This document shows positions 35,846 to 44,703 of a stretch of 60,325 nucleotides of DNA, one piece after another. Source of the DNA: a virus (lineage: Duplodnaviria; Caudoviricetes); IMG/VR virus record IMGVR_UViG_3300030107_001017, positions 1 to 60,325 of that record; one strand, written 5' to 3'. Both the position numbers and the translations under genes were made by a program. The notes under the pieces are model-generated. The model saw only the letters and a program-made list of their open reading frames with translations, was not told the origin of the DNA and made no database searches. Numbering within the stretch: the first letter of the stretch is position 1; every line of letters begins with the position of its first letter.

Positions 35846-36211
35846 TTAGTTCTCTTTTCTTGTTGATGGAAACTCAGGCTGATCTGGGAACATAGGTTCA
35901 ATTGGTTCTTTTTCCCTTTTTACTAACCGATTTTTAGTTGTATAAGACTCAACTAAAAGAAGATACCTTCTCAGATCTCGTATGTCGTCTAGTATCCCTG
36001 TGTCGCTGGAATCTTGAGAGATTGTGTGGAATATATCCCAACCATCTTTTTTAACCTGATTCTCAATCCTATCCCATTTACGAGCCAGCATCATAAATGC
36101 GCCTACCCCACCACGGTCACGCCAGCTGTCGCCATAGCTTGTTTCTGCTTTCTTCAATTTTTGTACATCTATATCTGCCAATGATTGAATGTCTCTAAAA
36201 TTTGCTGGCAT
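35846..36211 (-). CDS. Nmad1/MazG-like all-alpha nucleotide pyrophosphatase
   Basis: SYGDSW..RGG.G....RKWDRI...DDIRDLRRY. Confidence 0.7.
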   Translation of the reverse strand: MPANFRDIQSLADIDVQKLKKAETSYGDSWRDRGGVGAFMMLARKWDRIENQVKKDGWDIFHTISQDSSDTGILDDIRDLRRYLLLVESYTTKNRLVKREKEPIEPMFPDQPEFPSTRKEN

Positions 36212-36212
36212 A

Positions 36213-37091
36213 CTATCCTCCTTTGTACTTATATTTTGCTCTGGGTCTGCCTTCTCCTAGCCTTACCCTTTCATACTTATCGTATTCACAGAGGCAGTGT
36301 TCAATATCTCTCATCTCTAGTCCGTCTATCCAATATGCTAGATACCTGAGGTGGTCTTGCATCCCCTCCTCAGAAGGATAGGTCTCGATTTCTGTTGAGA
36401 GGTCTAATAAATCTTTCATCTCTTCTGTTAGCTGATGGGTTTTGATAGTTTGATTGACGGGCCTACCGTGTATTCTGTTCAACCCTCTCTGAGCTCCTGG
36501 ACCTGCATTAGCCCACGAGTATATATCGTCCGCGTTTTGTAGGTGCACAGTCCACCTTAGATCACTAACTACCTCATAAGCCATAAACCCACTAAACCCA
36601 GCGTATGGTAGGTATTCTCTCCAGGACTTTTCTAAGGAGTCTCTGTGTAGTGTGGGTTGGTTTTTATAGAGTGGGGTAAGTATCTTATCTACAGTCTGTT
36701 CCACTTTAGTACCGCCCAACGTACCAGTGAGCATATACGCTCCTGTGTAGACCTTATCTCCTCTATCCATTCTTGCCTGCATTATAGACTTGACTCTTTC
36801 AGGCTCCCACTCTTCAGGAAACCCTATCTCCTCTAGTGTTTCTGGCCAGTTAATTTGACGAGCTACCGCCATAGAGAACGGTAGGTTAGGGTGATCCGCA
36901 TAAGGCTCTCGCCAGTTATTCTCTATCCATTGAGTGACTGTATCTAGTTCACGGAACACGTTACAAAAACTATAGGTCTGAAGTATCTCATCATCAGTCC
37001 ATGGCCAACTGTGGCCTTCCTCGCGTTTAAGGTATATTCGGTGTCTTTCATTTATGTAGTAAAAAAACCTTTTTAAATTTTCTTGTACCAT
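36213..37091 (-). CDS. aGPT-Pplase1-type (alpha-glutamyl/putrescinyl thymine pyrophosphorylase clade 1) helical DNA-modification protein
   Basis: ERHRIY..R..G..WPWTDDEIL..Y.FCNVFRELD...FMAYEVVSDL...GPGA.RGL...IEHCLCEYDKY. Confidence 0.85.
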   Translation of the reverse strand: MVQENLKRFFYYINERHRIYLKREEGHSWPWTDDEILQTYSFCNVFRELDTVTQWIENNWREPYADHPNLPFSMAVARQINWPETLEEIGFPEEWEPERVKSIMQARMDRGDKVYTGAYMLTGTLGGTKVEQTVDKILTPLYKNQPTLHRDSLEKSWREYLPYAGFSGFMAYEVVSDLRWTVHLQNADDIYSWANAGPGAQRGLNRIHGRPVNQTIKTHQLTEEMKDLLDLSTEIETYPSEEGMQDHLRYLAYWIDGLEMRDIEHCLCEYDKYERVRLGEGRPRAKYKYKGG

Positions 37092-37540
37092 ACAGGTATC
37101 TCCCTTTTAGTCCATTGGGCAAAATGCTTCTCACCGTTATAATAATTACGGTAAGCTGTAACAGGGTCGTCAGTAACTTTATACTGGTCGGGCATACATT
37201 GTGGGTGTTGTTGTAGCCCTTTACTTTCTATCAAAGGAGGAGGTAGAGACTTAACTATATCAGCTGATTTATGGTTAGCTGACCTACCGTACCGCCAGCA
37301 AAACTCCTCATTTAAACGTAAGGCTAACTCCTTGAGCCATAGCCAGTTATCAAGACTAGCTCCAGACCATAGGGTACACGGGTGTTTGGCGTGTACTGGC
37401 TTATACGGGGCAGTCTGGTTATTAGACCATAAGGCGGTACAAAGCATCTGAGCAGACTCTAATATCATCTTTGATACGTGCTTATCACAGTGTACTTGGG
37501 CACATAATTTAGGTGTGGTATCTAATTTAAATATATTCAT
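37073..37540 (-). CDS. denV: Pyrimidine-dimer DNA glycosylase (T4 endonuclease V-like)
   Basis: MNIF.LD....CAQ.HCDKHV.KMILESAQML...HPC..W...PQCMP...AYRNYY. Confidence 0.8.
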   Translation of the reverse strand: MNIFKLDTTPKLCAQVHCDKHVSKMILESAQMLCTALWSNNQTAPYKPVHAKHPCTLWSGASLDNWLWLKELALRLNEEFCWRYGRSANHKSADIVKSLPPPLIESKGLQQHPQCMPDQYKVTDDPVTAYRNYYNGEKHFAQWTKREIPVWYKKI

Positions 37541-37550
37541 ACGAGTTTAG

Positions 37551-37576
37551 TTTACTTTACTTGTAAAGGTAAAGTA
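37551..37576. promoter_or_regulatory. Imperfect palindrome of TTTAC units upstream of the modification operon
   Basis: TTTACTTTAC-TT-GTAAAGGTAAA. Confidence 0.45.
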
Positions 37577-37600
37577 TAGGAATTTTGTTAAAAATTTTTG

Positions 37601-38179
37601 TCACAAACCTGTCCTAAACGTCAGGCTAATTCTCCTACCTGACCCCTCTATAGGTGGCACTGAATGGGTAGTCTTCATTTGAGAATGTCCATCAAACAAT
37701 ATGGCGTCACCATCCTCCATAATGTAGTTATATTCTTTCACCCATTTACTGGGAGTTTTAGTATCACTGGTGTTGGTGTGTTTCTTTACATTGTACTGAT
37801 ACTCTCTAAAGTTAATTAGTCGAGGAGCACCGAAAGAAACGCTCAAAACAATATCATCGAGTGTGGGGACTGTGTCAGAGTGGTGAGGTATCCACTCTTC
37901 TCCTGTTTCGTACAGACCGCAAAGGCAGAAAGTAAATTTTAACTGTTTACCCAAAGTTTGATTAACATACGCTTCTGCGACACTTTTTTCATGAAGTAGT
38001 TGAGTGGTCCATGGTTCAGGTTCGTATTTTTTACCTGCGTATTCAAAGACAGACGTGCCATAGCCCTTTGTTTTTCTACCTTTGACCACCTCACCGTTAA
38101 ACACCCTGTGAGTGGGGTTATCCCAACTGAATATTTTAGGACTGTGGCCAGTAAAAAGACCTTTAGTAAATTTAATCAT
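37601..38179 (-). CDS. AlkB-family 2OG-Fe(II) dioxygenase
   Basis: Y..G...IPHHSD...SVSFGAPR...HSVPP...RISLTFR. Confidence 0.85.
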   Translation of the reverse strand: MIKFTKGLFTGHSPKIFSWDNPTHRVFNGEVVKGRKTKGYGTSVFEYAGKKYEPEPWTTQLLHEKSVAEAYVNQTLGKQLKFTFCLCGLYETGEEWIPHHSDTVPTLDDIVLSVSFGAPRLINFREYQYNVKKHTNTSDTKTPSKWVKEYNYIMEDGDAILFDGHSQMKTTHSVPPIEGSGRRISLTFRTGL

Positions 38180-39672
38180 ACAAATAAAAACTCCTTGCGT
38201 GTCTTGCCTCTAACTAAATGCAGGTTGTTTTTAGTTCTTGTTACGCCTACATAAAATGCCCTGCATTCATTATCAGGGTTTTTATACAGCTCGTCCCATG
38301 TTTTAGTGGCTAGGTCTGTTAATAACACAACGTTCTCACATTCACCGCCTTTAGCTGCGTGTATAGTGTTCAACCTGATTTGAGAAGACATAAGTTTTTC
38401 ACCATGTCTAAGACACGAAATCACATACTCCCTTTGAGTATTACCGATCAAATCAAAACATTCATGCCATATGCTATCAACTAGTAGACCATGGTCCTCC
38501 TTTAATTGTGCTAGGTTGAGAAGCATATCGTCTTGTACAGTCTTAAGAGTTTTATATCCTCTTTTTACACCTCTATCAACCTTCATGTAGTTATAGATTT
38601 TTCTTATTCTACCAGCCTCTATAGACTTACCTTTACGAAGGTTTTCCCAGTCTCGTATGGCATTTATCAAAGTCTCGGATACTGATGGCTTATTGCCTTT
38701 TAAGTAAACACGACCATTAACCTTTAAATGTTCTTCTACCGCATTTAACAGATAATTATTTCTAGCTAAAAATAACCAGTCTCCCTTACTTATGTCTACA
38801 TGTTCAAAGCTGGTGTGGTGACTGACTGTTCCTTCCTCTTCCTTGGGTTCCCAGACCTTCTCTTTTCTGTTACCTATACGTTTCACGACACCGAGTGCGA
38901 TATCATGTACTTTTCTAGGTACACGATAAGACTGCTTCAAATACGTGTTGTTACCCTTTAAATTGATAAAATGCTCGACGTCTGCACCAGCCCAACGATA
39001 GATAGCTTGATCGTCATCACCAGCTATGTACACATGCTCGACATTTTCAGCTAGTTTCTGTATACACCGCCACTGAAGAGCAGACAAGTCTTGTGCCTCA
39101 TCAACTATCAATACCTCTAAACTAGGTGAACCTCTAGACTGTAAAAACATCTCTAACATGTCTGTGTAGTCTATTAAGAAGTTAGCTTCTTTGTAGTTTT
39201 TGTAGTTCTTGATAAACCAGTCAAAGTGAAGCCATGATATATTTGAGTTAGAACCGTTCCACTGCTCTCTGAACCCAACGCAACGGTTTCTTGCCATGTT
39301 TTCTAGAAATAACATGGTGTCACCCTTACTAGTCAAAGCCAGTAAATTTTCACCGTCCCAAGCTGAACTGATTCTTTCGCCGACGCTCTTACTAAACTCT
39401 CTCAGATTACCTCTATCCATAACATCACTTCTAGATAAAGACAGCCAGTGGTAGCAGAGAGAGTGTAGTGTTCTAAAATAAGTTAGCTCTTCGACATCGT
39501 AACCGAACTTCTCAACTGCTCTAGTAAGAGCCTCGTTCGCGGCTTTTTTAGTAAACGCTACATACCCCAGCTTTTCAGGCCTCACACCTGACTCTAAAAA
39601 TTGCTCAACTTTGTCTAAAAGATACGTAGTCTTGCCCGTGCCAGGAGGGCCAAGTACCACGTTCCACGTCAC
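38176..39672 (-). CDS. UvrD-like SF1 helicase
   Basis: GPPGTGKT, FTKKAA, DEAQD, GDDDQAIY, TIHAAKGGE, YVGVTR. Confidence 0.95.
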   Translation of the reverse strand: MTWNVVLGPPGTGKTTYLLDKVEQFLESGVRPEKLGYVAFTKKAANEALTRAVEKFGYDVEELTYFRTLHSLCYHWLSLSRSDVMDRGNLREFSKSVGERISSAWDGENLLALTSKGDTMLFLENMARNRCVGFREQWNGSNSNISWLHFDWFIKNYKNYKEANFLIDYTDMLEMFLQSRGSPSLEVLIVDEAQDLSALQWRCIQKLAENVEHVYIAGDDDQAIYRWAGADVEHFINLKGNNTYLKQSYRVPRKVHDIALGVVKRIGNRKEKVWEPKEEEGTVSHHTSFEHVDISKGDWLFLARNNYLLNAVEEHLKVNGRVYLKGNKPSVSETLINAIRDWENLRKGKSIEAGRIRKIYNYMKVDRGVKRGYKTLKTVQDDMLLNLAQLKEDHGLLVDSIWHECFDLIGNTQREYVISCLRHGEKLMSSQIRLNTIHAAKGGECENVVLLTDLATKTWDELYKNPDNECRAFYVGVTRTKNNLHLVRGKTRKEFLFV

Positions 39673-41180
39673 AGAGTTTTCTCCTCAAAGTCTTTAGCTT
39701 CTAGCCCACCGTCATCTTCTCTATACTCAAACTCATCTATGTACCAGACATTAGTTCCTCGACCTTTGATGTTAAAGAACTTATGCTTGGCTTTGAGGTC
39801 TCTCAACTTAGAAGCGACTCGGTTAGTCTCCATGTCTGTGAATCTATGCTTAACTAAATACTCTTTAAGGTCTTTTATCCTAAAGTATGTTTTACCATCT
39901 TCTGTGTAAGGTTTACCCAGGAGTATCTCATCTCTTGTATTAGCTTGAGCCATATCAGTACAGAAAGATTCAAGCAACTCCATAAACTGGCCCTCTATGG
40001 TTACATCTTCACTGACTTCAATAACCTCCATACCACTATCCATTAAAGTCTGTATGAGGTTTTGCCAAGCTCTATCGTTCATGCGTGGAGGCATCATATT
40101 GAGTAATTCCATGCATGCACGTTGAAATTTTAGCTGATTCTGGAGCTGTTCTGTATTTAATTCAAGACGTTTATCGTTAATAGATAAGAACCAGAGTGGT
40201 GGTTTTGTGTCTAATTTAGATAAACTAGAGAAAGTGGGCATAGTATTCCCGCCACCAACACCGAACTTACACATCCTGCACTTAGATACATTACAGTATG
40301 ATTTAATAGGCTCGTCACTACACTTGTAGTTATAGTCTTTCTTCTTTAAAGTGCTTATCAAAGTAAGCACCTCTTGAGCAGGTAGGGGAGGGTGAACGTA
40401 CTTACGATTGTACTCCTCTATCTCAGTTTCCCAATTTTCAGGGTCTGACTTTTTAAGATAGACACCTACATTAAATAAACCGTTGTTTCGTGTACCTTCA
40501 GGGAATCCCTGCTCTAACAAAACCTGAAGACACGGCGGTCCTTCTAGCATGTCATTCACTATCGGGACTTCTAACTCAATTAATTCTTGATGGCTTATAC
40601 AACGCTTTTCTACAAACTCTATGAACTTACTCAATGTAAGAGCTTTTCCTTTAATGTCAAAGCCATATCTCAGGGACTCATCTCCTTCGAAATATGGCAT
40701 GTTAAGCCAACTACCTATGTCACCTCGCTCGACTAAAACTTCTCTTTGTTTAGGAAATATCTCTACTCCCCCGTAACCCAGTCCTGCTGCTATTTCTCTT
40801 AATTTATCCTGCATGTCAGCAGCCGGAACTTTTTCCCTAAGGAAACAAAAAACATGTGCGCCACCGCTTTTACTGCGACAAACCACCAGCGGTAGTTTAA
40901 ATTCCTCTATTTTAGCTACTAGCTTTTCTAGGTCTAGTGAGTAGACATCTATGTCTATAGCTCCCCACTTGACTGAATTTTCTTCGTCTATCGGTATGAC
41001 CCCTAGACCCTCTACCCCTGCTACATGGTCTTGCCAATGTTTTAAACTGGCCCCAGCAGTTTTAATTGTTTTTGCTTTTCCTTGTGTTTTCTGTCCTAGC
41101 GAAGCACTTTCTACTTTAAAACTTCCGTGAGCTCGACTCGAGCCATGGAATATTTCATGCAGTTTTTGTGCTATATCCAA
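39669..41180 (-). CDS. AEP-type primase with a PriCT-like domain
   Basis: WGAIDID, RSKSGGAH, EIFPKQ, LNMPY, PPC, EGTRNNGLF. Confidence 0.85.
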   Translation of the reverse strand: MDIAQKLHEIFHGSSRAHGSFKVESASLGQKTQGKAKTIKTAGASLKHWQDHVAGVEGLGVIPIDEENSVKWGAIDIDVYSLDLEKLVAKIEEFKLPLVVCRSKSGGAHVFCFLREKVPAADMQDKLREIAAGLGYGGVEIFPKQREVLVERGDIGSWLNMPYFEGDESLRYGFDIKGKALTLSKFIEFVEKRCISHQELIELEVPIVNDMLEGPPCLQVLLEQGFPEGTRNNGLFNVGVYLKKSDPENWETEIEEYNRKYVHPPLPAQEVLTLISTLKKKDYNYKCSDEPIKSYCNVSKCRMCKFGVGGGNTMPTFSSLSKLDTKPPLWFLSINDKRLELNTEQLQNQLKFQRACMELLNMMPPRMNDRAWQNLIQTLMDSGMEVIEVSEDVTIEGQFMELLESFCTDMAQANTRDEILLGKPYTEDGKTYFRIKDLKEYLVKHRFTDMETNRVASKLRDLKAKHKFFNIKGRGTNVWYIDEFEYREDDGGLEAKDFEEKTL

Positions 41181-41205
41181 TTATCACGCTCCGATTTTGA
41201 TTTGA

Positions 41206-41223
41206 GTGGAGGTTTCCCTCCAC
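41206..41223 (-). other. GAAA-loop hairpin between the SSB-like and primase genes
   Basis: GTGGAGG-GAAA-CCTCCAC with no U tract. Confidence 0.5.
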
Positions 41224-41239
41224 CCATAACACCACTCTA

Positions 41240-42022
41240 CTAAAAAGGAGATTCTTCCTCAGCTTTTCCAAAACTAGCGTCAAAGTTTATGCTTTCTTTG
41301 AACTGTTTGGCGGCTTCGTAGAGAAACATCTCTTCGTCACCTAACTGACCCAGAAGCTCAATGTTCCAGCCGAACCAGTTACCGAGGTCATTAGACTCTG
41401 GTACTGTAGTCAGCTTGTACTTATGGCTATAAATCGGTGGTGTAAACACCCTACCGTCTCCCGCTTTTACCTTGAGCGTAGAAGCCACTGAGTTCCAGGC
41501 TCTCGACTTTTTGAGTTGTGTACCGGACATTGGTATCATAACTGTTTGAAAAGAGTCACCGTCAACAACTAAAGCGTAATGCGTAGCCGACGTCTGGATG
41601 TAATTACCGTTCTCTAACACATCCTGATTCTTATCGTTTTTAGTGGTCTGTTGAAGTATGGCTTGATCAGTGTGTTGTTTTACTAAACCACCACCGTCTT
41701 CTCTAGGTTGCCACTCTAAGTAGTACCTCTTATAAGTAACAGGTATCACTTCACAGCCCTTTTCGCCTTGGAAAAGTTCACGTGTTACCGTGTTAGTTAT
41801 ATCTCCCGCTGCAGAGTCTTTGATGTATTTACCATCACGACTGTTGACTTCAGGGCTAAGTGCCTGTAGTATTTTCAGTCTGGGTACAGTCACATCCTCT
41901 GCACCGATATTCTCTAGGCCACTACCAGCGTCCTCTTCGAACACGGACAATGCTGTTAAGGCTGTAGAGGATTTCTCTGCTACTTCGTTAGTTTTTTCTT
42001 CGTTAGTTTTTTCTTTGGTCAT
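41240..42022 (-). CDS. Putative single-stranded DNA-binding protein
   Basis: VPRLKILQALSPE...MSGTQLKKSRAWN...GNWFGW; acidic C-terminal EEESPF. Confidence 0.7.
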   Translation of the reverse strand: MTKEKTNEEKTNEVAEKSSTALTALSVFEEDAGSGLENIGAEDVTVPRLKILQALSPEVNSRDGKYIKDSAAGDITNTVTRELFQGEKGCEVIPVTYKRYYLEWQPREDGGGLVKQHTDQAILQQTTKNDKNQDVLENGNYIQTSATHYALVVDGDSFQTVMIPMSGTQLKKSRAWNSVASTLKVKAGDGRVFTPPIYSHKYKLTTVPESNDLGNWFGWNIELLGQLGDEEMFLYEAAKQFKESINFDASFGKAEEESPF

Positions 42023-42567
42023 TTTGTCACCTTTATTTTTTGCCCTATATAGACATTAAAGGTTTCTAAAGGCAGGGCGACACCTTTTTCCACCTGCTCC
42101 TTGACAGTAGCTTTGAGAGTCATGGGTTCTACCCACTTCTTCTGTACGAGGTCGTGTCCTTCCTCTTCTAGCTTTGCCATGAGTTCCTGTGCAGCATCGT
42201 TTTCTTCTCTACCGAAACTAGCCGATACTGTATTCTTTATAATATCTCCTAACTCGTTTTCCTGTAGCCATTTGAAAGCTGCATCACGAGTCTCGTCTGT
42301 TATTCTAGCTGAGTAATAATTAGTAACAGAGAGGGTCGTACCATCTGTCAGTTTGATTTCACTGAGTCCTTGCTCTAGGAGAGCGTTAGGCAGTGTGTCC
42401 TCACTTAATTTTCTACGGTCATCTTTCCACAATTTAAGTTCTGCCTCTAGCCTCTCTATCTCTTCGTCCATTTGTGTCAGCTTTCTACTCAGCTGACTAA
42501 TGTTAGTCAGGTCATCTACTTTTATGTCTAACTGACTCTCTTCTTCCATCTCATCTAAGATGCTCAT
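42019..42567 (-). CDS. Coiled-coil replication-associated protein
   Basis: AFKWL.EN.LGDIIKN...VEPMTLKA.VKE motif; adjacent to the SSB-like gene. Confidence 0.7.
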   Translation of the reverse strand: MSILDEMEEESQLDIKVDDLTNISQLSRKLTQMDEEIERLEAELKLWKDDRRKLSEDTLPNALLEQGLSEIKLTDGTTLSVTNYYSARITDETRDAAFKWLQENELGDIIKNTVSASFGREENDAAQELMAKLEEEGHDLVQKKWVEPMTLKATVKEQVEKGVALPLETFNVYIGQKIKVTK

Positions 42568-42878
42568 ATCTTTACCTCCAGCGGATAGTATTTGTATTGA
42601 CGGTTATCCCACTTTAGGAATTTTACACGTCCTTGGTTATATTCGGCAGCTACAGCAGTGCATACGCCTATCGCTGCAGGATCCCCTATAGGTAACAAAA
42701 AGTCCTCGTCGTTAAAACCACGTAATGAATAACGTATGATATGAACCACATCATCAGGGTTCCAAGTGATATTAGGGGATCTATCGTCTAGTATGAAACT
42801 AAAGTCACCATAGTCTTGTGCAGATACGATGTTTTTCTTAGGGTCGGGTTTTTGTACAATATATACTGTTGGATCCAT
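42564..42878 (-). CDS. Conserved hypothetical protein
   Basis: First gene of the replication operon; DFLLPIGDP...LKWD. Confidence 0.75.
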   Translation of the reverse strand: MDPTVYIVQKPDPKKNIVSAQDYGDFSFILDDRSPNITWNPDDVVHIIRYSLRGFNDEDFLLPIGDPAAIGVCTAVAAEYNQGRVKFLKWDNRQYKYYPLEVKI

Positions 42879-43087
42879 CTCTTGTCTCTTAGTTCTTACT
42901 AACCTTCTCGATTTTACCTACTTAATATATAGGCGTATATAAAAAGTTAGGCATCAATAGGACGGTGTGCCACTGCCAAGGCTTTCACATAATAGGCGTC
43001 ACCGTCAACACCTTATCTACTACCCTATTTATTATAAGGTAATTTAATTTTCGTAATACCAACTATGCTTAAATTTTTAAAAACTCT

Positions 43088-43178
43088 CAATAAACTAATA
43101 GGCCATGGTCAAAAATATATGTAAAACAGTGCGTTGGGAAGTTATTGGTAATCGTATTAGGTGGGTATTAGCTATTAG
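43088..43178 (-). repeat. Iteron-like element, copy B (candidate origin)
   Basis: Minus strand AGCTAATA-N5-CTAATA-N6-CCAATAAC-N30-GACC-N4-CCTATTAG-TTTATTG. Confidence 0.7.
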
Positions 43179-43202
43179 TTCTTAATTATGCTAAAACATG
43201 TA

Positions 43203-43231
43203 TTTATTTTGCTACTTTACTATTAGATACT
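43203..43231 (+). promoter_or_regulatory. Promoter of the SNF2 helicase gene
   Basis: TTTATT-N17-GATACT with CTTTACT in the spacer. Confidence 0.55.
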
Positions 43232-43260
43232 ATCTAGAGCCTTATTAAGAAACGAGAAAC

Positions 43261-44703
43261 TTGAACGACTTTATATTTAAAACTCTACCTTATCAGCACC
43301 AGCTAGACGCACTAAAAGAATCACACGACAGGAAGGTGTTTGCACTTTTCATGGAGATGGGTTGCGGTAAGTCTAAGGTAGCTATTGATAATTTCGTACA
43401 CCTACATAGAGAAGGAAACATAAACGGTGTGTTAGTGCTAGCTCCTAAGGGGGTCTATGATACTTGGTTTAGTAAAGAGATACCTAACCATATACCAGAT
43501 CAAGTAGACTACCACGTAGTCAAATGGTCTAACTCAACTTCTCAGAAAAATTTAAAATGTCTTCAAACTTTATTTGAAGAGCCAGACCGACTCAACATAT
43601 TAATCATGAACATAGAGGCTTTGAGCACGAAAAAAGGCACAAGGTTTGTCACTGACTTTTTATTTAAAAGAAAGTGTATGTTTATAATAGACGAGAGTAC
43701 AACGATAAAAAACCATAAAGCTAAAAGAACTGTCAATGCTGTAAGGCTCGGTAAATATGCTCACTATAGAAGAATATTGACAGGTTCTCCTGTGACAAAA
43801 AGTCCACTAGACTTGTACAGTCAAGCATACTTTCTAGATCCAGCTTTACTCGGGTACAACAGCTACTTCGCTTTTAGAGCTAGATACGCTAATTTAGTTG
43901 ACCGTTCTGCTAGCGGTAGGACGTTCAAGCAGGTACTAGGGTACAAAAACCTTACAGAATTAAACCAGAGTCTCCTTAAATTTAGCTGTAGAGTACTAAA
44001 AAAGGATTGTTTAGACTTACCTGATAAAGTTTATCTTAGAAGAACTATTCAAATGACAGATGAACAAAAGCGGGTATACAAAGAATTACAAAAGCAAGCG
44101 AGGGCTTCTCTAAGCAAAGGCACAGTAACAATTACTCATTTGATAACTCAAATCATAAGACTTCATCAGGTTTCTTGTGGGTTTGTTGGTCTTGATGGTG
44201 GTGGTGTGGATGAACTACCTAGCCATAGATTAACCGAGCTAATGGAGATACTAGAAGAGACTGACGGTAAGGTTATCATTTGGGCTAACTACAGGCACGA
44301 CATACAAAAGATTCAAGATGAACTTACTCGTGTGTATGGAGAAGAATCAGTGGGAACTTATCACGGAGATGTTACACAAGACCGCAGAGCAGAAGTCATT
44401 AATCAGTTTCAAGACCCGGATAGTTCACTTCGGTTTTTCGTTGGTAATACACAGACAGGAGGATACGGCATCACATTGACTGAAGCTAATACAGTTATTT
44501 ATTATTCAAATAACTACGATTTAGAAAAGAGGCTGCAGTCTGAGGATCGTGCACACAGGATAGGTCAAACAGATAAAGTCACCTATGTAGATATAGTTTG
44601 TGAACGCACAGTTGATGAGAAGATAGTTAAGTCTTTAAGACAAAAACAGAATATAGCGCAGACTGTACTAGGTGAAGAAAAATGGAAAGATTGGTTAACC
44701 TAA
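43261..44703 (+). CDS. SNF2-family (SF2) helicase
   Basis: MEMGCGKS, IIDES, LTGSP, GGYGITL, QSEDRAHRIGQ. Confidence 0.95.
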   Translation: MNDFIFKTLPYQHQLDALKESHDRKVFALFMEMGCGKSKVAIDNFVHLHREGNINGVLVLAPKGVYDTWFSKEIPNHIPDQVDYHVVKWSNSTSQKNLKCLQTLFEEPDRLNILIMNIEALSTKKGTRFVTDFLFKRKCMFIIDESTTIKNHKAKRTVNAVRLGKYAHYRRILTGSPVTKSPLDLYSQAYFLDPALLGYNSYFAFRARYANLVDRSASGRTFKQVLGYKNLTELNQSLLKFSCRVLKKDCLDLPDKVYLRRTIQMTDEQKRVYKELQKQARASLSKGTVTITHLITQIIRLHQVSCGFVGLDGGGVDELPSHRLTELMEILEETDGKVIIWANYRHDIQKIQDELTRVYGEESVGTYHGDVTQDRRAEVINQFQDPDSSLRFFVGNTQTGGYGITLTEANTVIYYSNNYDLEKRLQSEDRAHRIGQTDKVTYVDIVCERTVDEKIVKSLRQKQNIAQTVLGEEKWKDWLT

